Assembly: GCA_043228905.1 (NCBI GenBank) | Contig: JBHGNT010000006.1 | Coordinates: forward strand, 19,840,001 to 19,904,000 | Origin: Azolla caroliniana | Lineage: Eukaryota; Plantae; Polypodiophyta | Direction of reading: 5' to 3' | Length of the DNA: 64,000 nt | Part shown: one piece after another, positions 38,299 through 48,959 of the stretch | Position numbering within the stretch: position 1 is the stretch's first letter | How the letters are laid out: each line of letters opens with the position of its first letter | The notes under the pieces: model-generated | Database searches by the model: none | What the model was told of the DNA's origin: nothing | Seen by the model: only the letters and a program-made list of their open reading frames with translations | Translations under genes and position numbers: made by a program

Positions 38299-41200
38299 TC
38301 ACGACACCCACCCCCTCTGAACTTGCACATTGGTTGTGCAGAGTTCGTCCAACACTTCTTCCGATTCTTTTAGTTCTTCTACTTCTTCATAAAATTCAGG
38401 CTCTAATGACTCCCTCCTTTTAAATATTTTAATCCTTTTTCCTGCAATTGGGATACGAATTTCTGTCCCATCTAATTCATTGAGGAAATATGTGGCTTTA
38501 TCTGTTATTTTCCTAACTTCATAAGGTCCAAACCATCTTTTTGCAAACTTCCGAATAGTACTGTATTGATTATCTAGGCTATTATCATATACTAATACCC
38601 AATCTCCCTCTTGCACCTTTCTTGGTCGTATTCTTTTCATCTTGTCAAATCTGTCCTTATTCTTGATTCTTGCCTCTTTCAATCTAGTAGCTACTTTTTC
38701 TATGTCTTCTATCCTTGATTGAAGTTGTCGTATTCGAACCGCAAGTAAATCTTCCCTACTCATTTCCGATTCCCAAGGCAACACAGCCCATGTAGTTATC
38801 TTTTCTTCAATTGGCATTATTGGCTTCTGTCCTGTGATTAATTCTGCAGGCATATATCCAGTAACAGTGCTGTGAGTTGTCCTATCAGCCCATAGTGCAT
38901 AGGGTAAGGTTTTTGGCCAATCACTAACCCGTCCTCTACATGCCTTTGCCAAAGCTTTGACTATTGGCCCATGTCCCCTTTCTACCTTTCCATTAGCTTC
39001 TGGATTGTACGCCGTTGTCAAAGAAAGCCGAATTCCTATTTTGTCGAAAAAATCTTGAGCTTCCGCAGAATTGAGTTCTCCCCTATCTGCCACTATCTTC
39101 CCGATACATCCATATCTACAAACAATGTCCTCCAAGATGAATTGACATACTCCTAATGTCCCTTTTGTTCTCAATGAACGACCTTCCACTTGATTTGTTA
39201 GATCTTCTCTAGCAAGAACCAAGTATCTCTTTTGTCCTACTCCAAGTGGCATTGTTACCAAATCTATCATCCACTTGTAATGCACCCCCGGTGAGTATGT
39301 TGGGTGTAATTCATCACAAAATTTTACATTTGAATAATATTGACAAGTGGGACAAGTTTCCACATACTTTTTTATTTGCTCATAGTATCGAGGCCACCAA
39401 AATCGTTCTTTAATCTTACTGAAAGTGGCCCACACTCTTCGATGACCAGCCCATTCTTTGTCATGCAGCTCTTTGATTATCTCCTTTCTTTGCCCTTCAG
39501 AACCTATTACTCTTTGCGGGTTTCCAGTCTTGGTTTTCGGATGTCGCCATAGATATCCTTCATGCAGGAAGAACTTATGGGCTTTCTTGCGAAACTGTGC
39601 GAACTCTTTTCCAGATCGACCTTTGTACTTGTCAGGGGTTTGTAGGTATTTCCCTATTTCCTTGAATTCTTCTTCATACTCCTCTTCTAGAAACTGCATT
39701 CCTCCTTCCCGAGTAATGCTTGTGGTAAGGACTGTTTGTTCTTTGTCCTCATCGTCCGAGTCTGGAATCTCCTCTTCCTCATACCTTGCTCTTGATAACA
39801 TATCTGCTACTGCATTTCTATTCCCAGAGATATGTCGAACTTCAGGGTTGATTGATCTAATATAGATACACCATCTTAACATGGCTTGATCTGGATACCT
39901 TTCTTCCCTATCTTGTTGGCTTATCACCCATCCAATTCCAATGGGACTAGAGTCTACTGTGAGATATATGGGTCGGGTGTAGTCTGGTTGCTTTAATGGT
40001 GGAGCTTGTGCCAAGTAGTACTTCAATTTCTTCATTGCCTCTGAATGCTCTTCACTCCATTCAAATGTCTCTCCTTTTCTCAGGAGTCTATATAAAGGTT
40101 CAGATAAATGGGCATAATGCGGAATCCATTTACAGTAAAAAACACATACCCCCAGAAACCTTCGTACTTCTGAGATGGATGTACATTCCTCTTGCATATT
40201 TTGAATTGCATTGACCTTGGTTGGGGATGGCTTTCTCCCATACGGGCCACACATATGACCAACTATTAATATCTCTTTTGACCCAAATATTGACTTCGCC
40301 CCTGATAAGGTCAAATGCACTTCTTCCATCCTTGATAGCACCTTCTCACAATCCTTGATATGATCAGCAACGAATTGACGGAAACCACTTTCGTCCAATT
40401 CCTCGTTCTTCTCTTCCTCCTTGCATCCCTTAATTGGAACATCATCTAGAAAAGGCATTGTAATATGAGGAATAAAATCACGAAGTACCTTGTTCATTCC
40501 ATTCATCATCTACGCCACTGAGTTGGTCGCTCCTTGCGGCAAGGTGCACATCCGTACTAACCCTATAGGTGTCTTGATAGAAGTTATATCTCGACTTTTG
40601 ATAGCAAGTTGAAATTGATCATACCCGGAATAAAGGTCTCCCATTGAATATATAGCTCTTCCTGCAAACATCTCAGCAAACTCATCCACAATTGGCCCTA
40701 CTCCCGAGTTTCGGATTGTTACCTTATTCACGGGTTGCATATCTTAGATAAATCGGAGTCGCCCATCTTTCTTTAACACAGTGAACCATCGACTCGAGTA
40801 AGGAGCGTTCAATGGTTCCAAGATACCCATCCTTATCTTTTCTTTCAAAAGTTCTAATAGTTGAGGGATTCTAGCCCTAGGCATGGGTATTGGCTTAAAG
40901 TTCCATGGAATATGAGGGATAGTGAATATAACCATGGGCTCCACAATTTCTGGATCCACACACCCTATTTCTTCCGGTTGGAATGCCAACGCCTTTCCAT
41001 GCCTTTTTAACATCTCCCTGAACTGCTTTTCTTCAACGGGTAATAGGAAGTCACCCCCTCCTATTTTCATCCCTTGTATTGTTTCCGGAGTAAACACATG
41101 TCCTACCTTTCGTGGGTCTCTGATCATTGGCTCTGTGGCTGCTTCTTTGATTGCCTTTTCACTATCCCCTGGAAGTGGAGCAGCAATAGGACGAACCTTC

Positions 41201-41583
41201 TTCTCCACTGTCTTGTACTTTGTTAGTACATGTGCTTCATGATCCTTTCGAGCAACTTCTTCAATGACCTCATACATCTTGATTGAATGGATAGGAACTT
41301 GGATTTCGTTGTCTTCTTCCATTGCTTCCAAATGAGTTATTGTATCTTCAAAACTTAATTCTTCAAACATATCCTGAATTTCTTCATCATCATCTATTAA
41401 TCCAGAACACTTAAAGTACTCGAAAGCATTTTGTATTTTATTATTATTTACTTTTAGTATAAAAGTAGCACCATTAGATGAGATTGTACAAGGAATATCT
41501 TTATTTACATTATTATTTATGGGGTTTTCTTTTATGCTCGAGCTATCACAGCCCCTACCTGTAAAAGCCCTATCTAAAAATCC
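38299..41583 (-). pseudogene. G1 pol (RT, internally deleted RNase H, integrase) in the -1 frame relative to gag-PR
   Basis: ORF pieces 40744-41370, 40510-40740 and 38299-40509 in one frame separated by single stops; DLYSGYDQ, LPQGATNS, FLDD, HHCC, YNPEANGKVER and GPY motifs. Confidence 0.88.
41519..41583 (-). promoter_or_regulatory. Putative -1 programmed ribosomal frameshift signal (G GAT TTT plus pseudoknot)
   Basis: Slippery heptamer 41583-41577 immediately before the gag-PR stop, 6-nt spacer, 12-bp stem, loop GGGG complementary to downstream CCCC; -1 frame open into pol. Confidence 0.7.
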
Positions 41584-43688
41584 TGGGAAAACACTTCATC
41601 CATCTCTTGAATTGGATGTTCCCTCAAGCATTCTTTGTTTCTTTCATGGTTGGGTCTCACGGTTAAGAATTGGACAATCTTTCTTCCATCTTGACTTTTG
41701 ATTCTCGCGAAAGCCGAACCATCATCAATAACCTTTGTTTCCATCCTCACTGCGGTGATGTAGGGCTAGCCAAGGATGACGGGGTAGGTTGATCGATCCT
41801 GCACAAAGAAATTTTGATTCACCGAGACATCACCAATTGTTACCTTCACACTAGGACATGCTCCGAATAGATCCTCCGTAGTTTCTGTGGCAGCTCTTAT
41901 TTTCCACCCATGATTCTTGTCGATCGGCCATCGTCCTCGAGCGTAAAATTCCGATGACATCATGTTAATCTCTGATCCATGATCGATCAAAGCAATACAT
42001 GGAATTTGCTGCTCCCCAATTTTTGCAGGTGCCTCCGTTGTTGCTCGAGCCCAATGGTCCCTTGTATAGTGACTCCTATCCCCTTCATGGACGCCAACAT
42101 CATTCTGGTTTTTTACACTTGCAGCATTGATGGTGCCACCATACAAATCTTGGAGTGTTGCTGCACACCCTCCCGTAATTTCCTCCGTCACCTGTCTCTT
42201 CCTTCTAATAATATCTATGATAACTTCATGAAATTCTTTCTTTGCTATACCCAACACTTCTCTTAAAGTAAATTCTACCTTAATATTTAATATTCTTGTT
42301 TCTAGTACCTTTTTTATATCCGTCGTTGTTTCTATGTCTGAGGCAAGCTTGAAAGATGGGCCTGTCTTTCCTTTTACTTTATCAGCTTCCTTCGGCTCAA
42401 TAGCACCCTTTTCCATCTCCCTTCTCTTTTGTTCTCGTGTCTCATGTCTCTTTGTCGGATCAGCTTCCTCAACTCTCTTCCGCTTCTCTTCCACTAGCAC
42501 ATCTTGTGCATTCACTTGGGCGAATGCTGATAGCGCGTCTACTGGATCATTCCATCCAGTGAAGTTTCGTATTTCATCTCCCGCTCTTTTTAATTCATCC
42601 ACTCGAACCTTCCCTTTTCTTGCATAATCCATCACATCTTGCCAAAAGCCAGATCCACCATATGAGTCTTCTACGCGCAATCCTAAGGTTGCCACGGATT
42701 GTATCGCTTGAGTCGTTTCTCTCTCGGCATCTTCCATTAGCCTTTTCATTCCTCCTCGCCCGAAGTTGAGTTGAAGTGGTTGTCGAGTCTCAGTTGAGTG
42801 AATCTTGCCATCTTGATAATAGATTTTATTATGATTAAGAGCATCCCTATGCTCTTGACAATCTTTCTTCTGGTGGTCGATACTATCACACCACATACAC
42901 CTTCGGACCATTCCACCTCCCTGCCTTGATGAAGTCGAGCTTTGTCCCGATTCTAGCTTCGTCACTTTGATCGACAAGTCTTTCATGCCTTTCACTAATT
43001 CGTGTAAGAGTGATTCTTCTACTTTCTTTTCTCCCGACTCATTCCCCATTTCTTCATCATTTCTGTCGGGCAACTCCATAAACCATAACTTTCTTTTGCA
43101 GAAATGGGTGCACGTCCTTTTCACCTCCTCCCAGTCTTCGGTAAGTCCACTTGGACTGTTCTGATCTTCTAAAAGCATTCCCAAGTCCTTCCTGTCTTTA
43201 ATATTAGTAGCTTGTAGAAACAATATGACTTTATCTGGCACTATTATATTTCTATCTCTAACATTTAGTTGCTCAAATCTTTCAGAAAACTCTTTTAATA
43301 CTTCCAAAACACTTAAATGTTTATTAGACTCTACCCAATCCATGAAGGCTCGCCTTGTCATCCTTGACATATCGTTGAGGTTGTATTCATTTAGCAATGC
43401 TCTTTCAAAAGTCACCCATGTCTGATGTTCCCTTTGTAGCTCCTGGATCCTTTCTTGTAGCCCAATCGCAGCGACTCGACTAAAGCTATTAATTTTTGCA
43501 GCTTCGTCAACACCGCGTTTAAGCATTTCTTCATTATAAATCTTCAGAAATCTTGTTAAATTTATACCTTCGAAGATTCCTACTCGTGCGAGAATATTGT
43601 CGACGGCTTTGTCGATGCTTGCCATCATCCCTTGTTCTCGCATCACTCGTTCCATCATCCTACACATAAGCCTCATTTGCTCCTCCAT
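41574..43688 (-). pseudogene. G1 gag-protease ORF (one premature TAG at 41766-41768; natural stop 41574-41576)
   Basis: CMWCDSIDHQKKDC knuckle, ALIDHGSEIN aspartic protease; frame continues past the TAG to ...SQDF*. Confidence 0.88.
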
Positions 43689-43706
43689 TTGCTCCTTGTC
43701 GCCGCC

Positions 43707-43724
43707 TTCACGTCGGGTTCACCA
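43707..43724 (-). promoter_or_regulatory. Primer-binding site complementary to the tRNA-Trp 3' end
   Basis: TGGTGAACCCGACGTGAA 4 nt inside the 5' LTR; matches the plant cytosolic tRNA-Trp end ...TTCACGTCGGGTTCACCA (recalled from memory). Confidence 0.82.
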
Positions 43725-43863
43725 AATGTGTCAGGGTAGTTGTGGTTCGTGCGGCGAAGTCGCGGGGACTAAGGTTAAGGGGAGTTGAAGAAACTTAAGT
43801 TTAATAAGGCTTGTATGGTGATGATAGAATGGTTAAGGATAGTAAGATGAAGAGTTGCAAGTA

Positions 43864-43920
<57 letters not shown>

Positions 43921-44443
43921 CGAGAGAGAGACGAGCATAGATAAAAGATAGAGACAATGTATGATTCAAGAAAGAAGATTGAGACAAAGTATGATTCTAG
44001 AAAGAAGATCGAGACAAAGTATGATTCAAAGAACAAGAGTATATGATATAAACATGATGTATATTAAAAATATAATATTTTACCAACTTTACAATCCTTG
44101 ATCGCAAGATGAATCTTTTCAATACCGACCCTTGATTTGAACCCTCGACCTCAACTTCGAAACGAGAGGTTTCTTATCCACCCAATGAGCTAGTCTTCTT
44201 CAATTGATTGTATTATTTTTTTCACTCTCTCTTGATTCCTTCATTCCCTTTTGTTTTCCTTTCCCCTCTTTTTATAAGTATTTCCATGCATATGGTAATG
44301 TCATGCATGTAATGCATGAGTTACATCTGATGCATGATCGCCATTTGGCGCACATGCATTGCATGTGATGCATGATAGCCATCATGCTCATTTGAGCTCC
44401 CATGTATTGGGATAAGTATAATGATGGATATAACTGTAAAACA

Positions 44444-44650
44444 AATAACCTAGCTTAGTGGTGTATGGTTTGTGCTTGATATACAAGGTTGAGGGTTCAA
44501 GTCCCTCAATTTTACTTAATACAATATATAGCTTCATTCTTATATCATGAAGCACATTTATTACACACTTTTACAAATAAATAGCCTAGCCTAGTGGTAT
44601 GTACATTGTACATCGTATATAAGGATGTGGCTTCAAGTCTCTCAAATATT
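44444..44650 (+). promoter_or_regulatory. Two tandem tRNA-like A/B-box modules in G1 5' LTR U3
   Basis: A box 44451-44461, stem-loop TTGTG-CTTGATA-TACAA 44470-44486, T-arm 44491-44507, then TTTT; second unit A box 44587-44597. Confidence 0.65.
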
Positions 44651-44709
44651 ATTAAATACAACATTTAAGCTCATTTTTATATCGTGAAGCACATTCTTCA
44701 CGACAGCGC

Positions 44710-47700
44710 CATGAACTGATTGATCACCCCGACCGGATAACTGAGGTCGGGTCGGGTGATGGTCAAGTATATAAGGCTTCCGACAATTTGTCAGAACCTC
44801 GTCGGGTCGCATACCTTTCCCGTATCGGGACGAAGCTTGACGGTTCTGTCCAGAGGAGTTGAGATGGACTTACAATCGGCCATCCCGAATTTGAAGAGCA
44901 TACTCAGCACGTAATGACGTTGGCTGATCAATATGCCTTCGGGGGTACGGACCACTTCGATCCCAAGGAAGTAATGAAGGTCCCCTAGATCCTTCATGTC
45001 GAACGATGCCGCAAGTTGGAGCTTCACGCAGTCGATTTCACCTAGGTCGGCGTCGGTGATGACCAAGTCATCAACATACAGTAAAATACTAACCGGTCCG
45101 AGTCGACCTTTCCGGATGAACAGGGAAGAGTCCGATTTTGACGTGACGAAGCCCATCCGACGCAGTTGTTGCATGATCTTCGCGTTCCAGGCACGCGGGG
45201 CTTGCTTCAGTCCGTAAAGGGACTTCTTCAGTCGGCATACTGCCGAGGAGTTCGTTCCAGAGTGAAATCCGGGGGGCTGTACCATGTACACCTGTTCCTC
45301 AAGGTCACCTTGCAGGAACGCATTCTTTACATCCATCTTATGTAAGTGCCACCCCTTCGCCGCAGCTACTGCCCACAAAACACGGACGGTCGTCATTTTC
45401 GCGACCGGCGCAAACATCTCATCGTAGTCGATGCTGTGTTTCTGTGCGTAGCCCTTTGCCACTAGCCGAGCCTTGTACCGGTTGACCGAGCTATCGGTGT
45501 TGTACTTGACCTTGTACACCCACCTACACCCGATCGGCTTCACAGCTCTTGGTGCGTCAACCAGGTCCCAGGTCCCGTTCTCCGCCAATGCGTGCATCTC
45601 TTCCTCCGTCGCGGCACGCCAATTCGCGTTTTTAGCCGCTTCTGCGTAGCTCTCCGGCTCACGCACTTCCGCTACACGGGTCATGTACGCATAATGATGC
45701 GCCATGTACTCGTTGTATCCGAACCGCACAACTGAGTTCTTTTGGCGGGTAGATCGGCGTAATCTCACATTAGCCGATGTCGAGGCCTTCTCGATCGACG
45801 CGGTCTTCATCTTTAAAGACCTGTCACCAGTTCCCTCGGAGTCGAACTTGCGTCGGTCTGACTCGTTCCTTTCCGTGCCGGAATCCGACACCTTCTTCTT
45901 CCCTTTCTCTTTGCGCGTAAGCCATCTCCTCGGCTTCCTGCGCGGGGAATGCACGGCCGAGTCTCCACTACTCGCCGGCTCTTCATCGGACTGGTCGTAC
46001 CGACTCAGTCGTCCAATCGGTCCACTTAACCGGAGTGAAATCGGACTCTCTTCGCGAGTCTCGATTTCGGGCTCATCCGGAGGCATCTCGGCCTCGCTGA
46101 CCTCATCGTCAGAGCTCGGATTGGAGTCGAGGTTCGTAGTCGGGGGCAGGTACCAAGACGCGGACTCGTCAAACACAACATCGCGGTTGACACGCGCTTG
46201 TTTGGTGCGAGGGTTATAGCACTTATAACCCTTCTGCTCGTCCGAGTAATCAACCAAGATGCATTTCTCGGCCTTTGCGTCCAGCTTCCTCCTTTTCTCC
46301 TTCGGTACATGCACATACGCAATGCTACCAAACACCCTCAAGTGTCGCAAGTTCGGCTTCGTTCCGAAATATAGCTCGTGCGCCGACACTTTGTCTCCGA
46401 TCCGGTTCTGGATGTATACCGTGGTCCTTACCGCCTCGGCCCAATAGAACTTGGGCAAGCTCTTCTCCTCCAGCATTGCCCGTGCCGCTTCCACAACTGA
46501 CCGATTCTTTCTCTCAGCCACGCCGGTCTGCTCTGGCGTGTATCCACAACTGAATTCGCGGCGAATTCCCATTTGTTGTAGGTAACCGTTGAATTGACCG
46601 GAAAAGTACTCTTTCCCGCCATCCGACCGCAGGCACTTGATCTTTCGTCCCGTTTCGGTTTCCACGAACCCTTTGAGGTCCCGGAAATAGTCGAAGACTT
46701 CGCTCTTCCTCTCAATGAGGTAGATCCACGTGTGCCGCGTGTGGTCGTCGATGAAGGAGACGAAATATCGGCTCCCGCCAAGACTAACGTTTTGTGCCGG
46801 CCCCCACACATCCGAGTGTATAAGGTCAAGCTTGTTCCGGCTCCGGTTTCGCTCGTTGGGGAAAGGAAGTCGGTGTTGCTTCCCGAGCTGGCAGGCTTCA
46901 CAAATTTGTGCCTTTCAGCCACTAAACTTGGGCAATCCGAACACTACCTGTTTCGATTGCAGATCTTGAAGCCGCTGGTGGTTGACGTGGCCTATCCGCT
47001 TGTGCCACAAGTCGATGTCTGACTCGGTCTTTTGTCCCTTTGCGAACATTGCGGTGCCGCCGTCAGTGGAGTCGAGGATGAACATCCTCCCGTCTCTGCG
47101 CCCTTGCGCAATCACACGGCTTCTTCCTCAATGAAGCACCCGAGGTGTGTAAACCGAACCTCCATCCCTTGGTCGATGATCTGTCCGACCGAGACCAAGT
47201 TCTTCGTGATTGTCGGAACGTGCAGCACGTTCATGAGTTTCCCTTTCTGCCCGACATGGCTAAGGGGAACTTCTCCGACATTTGCGATCGGATGCGGAGT
47301 GTCGTCTCCAGTTGCGACTACTCCAGGTTGTATCGGTTTTTCAAGGTACGAGAACCACTCCTTATGGCTCGTCATGTGGTTTGACGCGCCGGAGTCTATG
47401 TACCACACCTCGTCCGATCTCGGGGTGTTCTGTTTCATTGAGTTTGCTTCGTGTCTCGTCACGAAGACAGACCCTTCTCCGGCTCTCCCGGAGTCTTCGG
47501 CGTAGTGTGATCGTTGCCGATTTCCCTTGTCGGTATGTCTGGAGCCGTTCCCGGAACCAGTTCTCTCCGAATCGGCGCGCTTCTTCCAGCACTCACTTTC
47601 CCTGTGGCCTTTCTTGCCACAGTACCAACACTCCTCGATGGACTTCCCTTGCCGGTTCTCATCGCTTCGACTCCCCCTGTTTCCGGAGGGTCCGGAGTTG

Positions 47701-48416
47701 TTGTCGGTATCACTTCAGTGCCTTCTTTCTTGATCTCGTCGGCCGCCTCCATTGCGTGCCAACTCGCCTCGTCCTCCACGTCCACGGGGCCTATCTCCCT
47801 TAGTGTATAGCATTCTGTTGTCGGTGTGCGTGCTTGTAGACGCACCCGCGTGGTTCTCCTCTACCAGGAGCATCGACTGTAAGTCGAAAAAGGACGGCGT
47901 ATTCTCCCGGGTACACATAGCCATTCGGAACGCTCCGAACTTCGACGCCAAACCTCCGAGACAGATCTGGACCATCTCGCTCTCCTCAATGTTCACCTCT
48001 ATGGAGGCAAGGGAGTTGCAGATATCCTTGATCTTCGAGGTATAGTCCGCCACCGACAAGTCGCGTTGTCGTAGGTTGCTCAACTCCTGTCGGAGCTGAA
48101 GCTTCCTAGCTGTGGTGCTCGCGGCGAAGATCTTCTTCAGATTTTCCCACGCACCCTTCGGCGTCTTTGCATCCCGAACATAGCTCAATAGCTGTTCGCC
48201 CACACACGACGTGAAGCAGTATAATACCCTGCTCGCCGATTGCTCCCACGACGGGAAGTCTCTGTGTGTCGATTCGGGTGCCGCGTCATTAGCTCCTTCG
48301 ACATAACTCCAGTAGTCGTGCCCGAGCAGGTACTGGTGCATCTTGTAGGACCAAGACGCGTAGTTGGTTCTGTCGAGCTTCTCTGTTGGAAGCGAGCTCG
48401 CCATGCCTCTATCCAT
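44710..48416 (-). pseudogene. Element C gag-pol 5' part (gag, protease, integrase, RT) with several stops and frameshifts
   Basis: ORF pieces 47715-48416, 47112-47462 (WYIDSGASNHM) and 44791-46809 (integrase, RT LLYVDD). Confidence 0.88.
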
Positions 48417-48959
48417 CGTTCTTCTCGTTCTTCTTCGTCAAGCTGTGTCGGCTGCAGAGAGGTTCTCAACCCTCGCGCTCTAATACCATGTAAAAAGTAA
48501 CGTGCGAAAGCAAGTATGAAGACCGAACAGAAGGAAGGAAACTCAGGTTCAATGGAGAGCTTGAGCTTAAATGGTATACGCGGGAGACACAGAGAGAGTG
48601 AACTCAAAAAACAATATTCAACAATAATACTCAATCTGTACATAAGACGTGCTCAGTGAGCACTTTTATACAAGTCCTAAAAGGACTGACCGAAGTACTG
48701 ACAGTACTTCAATGCTCATCAAGAGCTCCTACACTAACTCCCAAATATATTCCTCACGGAATATCTTTCCTAACGGCCTCCCGGTTTATGCACTCGGCTT
48801 AACCAATCGGTCCCAACCGATCCGGTCCTCGGCTTCTTCAGCCGATCCGGCCGATGTTGAGCTTGTCTCTCAACATACCTCAATCGAGAAGACAAAGTAC
48901 ATTGCCTTAAAAAGAAACTACAGTTTGTGGAAGGAATGGTAAGAATAAAACAAGAATAC

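Larger units (their letters stand above)
31643..44705 (-). mobile_element. Two-LTR Ty3/Gypsy (G1), no chromodomain, tRNA-Trp primed, defective
   Basis: 5' LTR 43729-44705; 3' LTR 31643-38306 (split by element E); 4-bp TSD GCGC (31639-31642, 44706-44709); PBS 43707-43724; PPT 38307-38318; gag-PR-RT-RH-INT order. Confidence 0.93.
30143..48875 (-). mobile_element. Two-LTR Ty1/Copia (element C) hosting Gypsy G1 and Copia E
   Basis: 387-bp LTRs at 30143-30529 and 48489-48875 (about 10 substitutions by eye); mutated iMet PBS 48477-48488; PPT 30530-30540; gag 47715-48416, PR/INT/RT 44710-47500, RT end/RNase H 30548-31642. Confidence 0.93.

Noticed and set aside
44444-44515. Functional tRNA gene with TGA anticodon
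   Set aside because: No acceptor stem and poor D-stem; kept only as a tRNA-like module.
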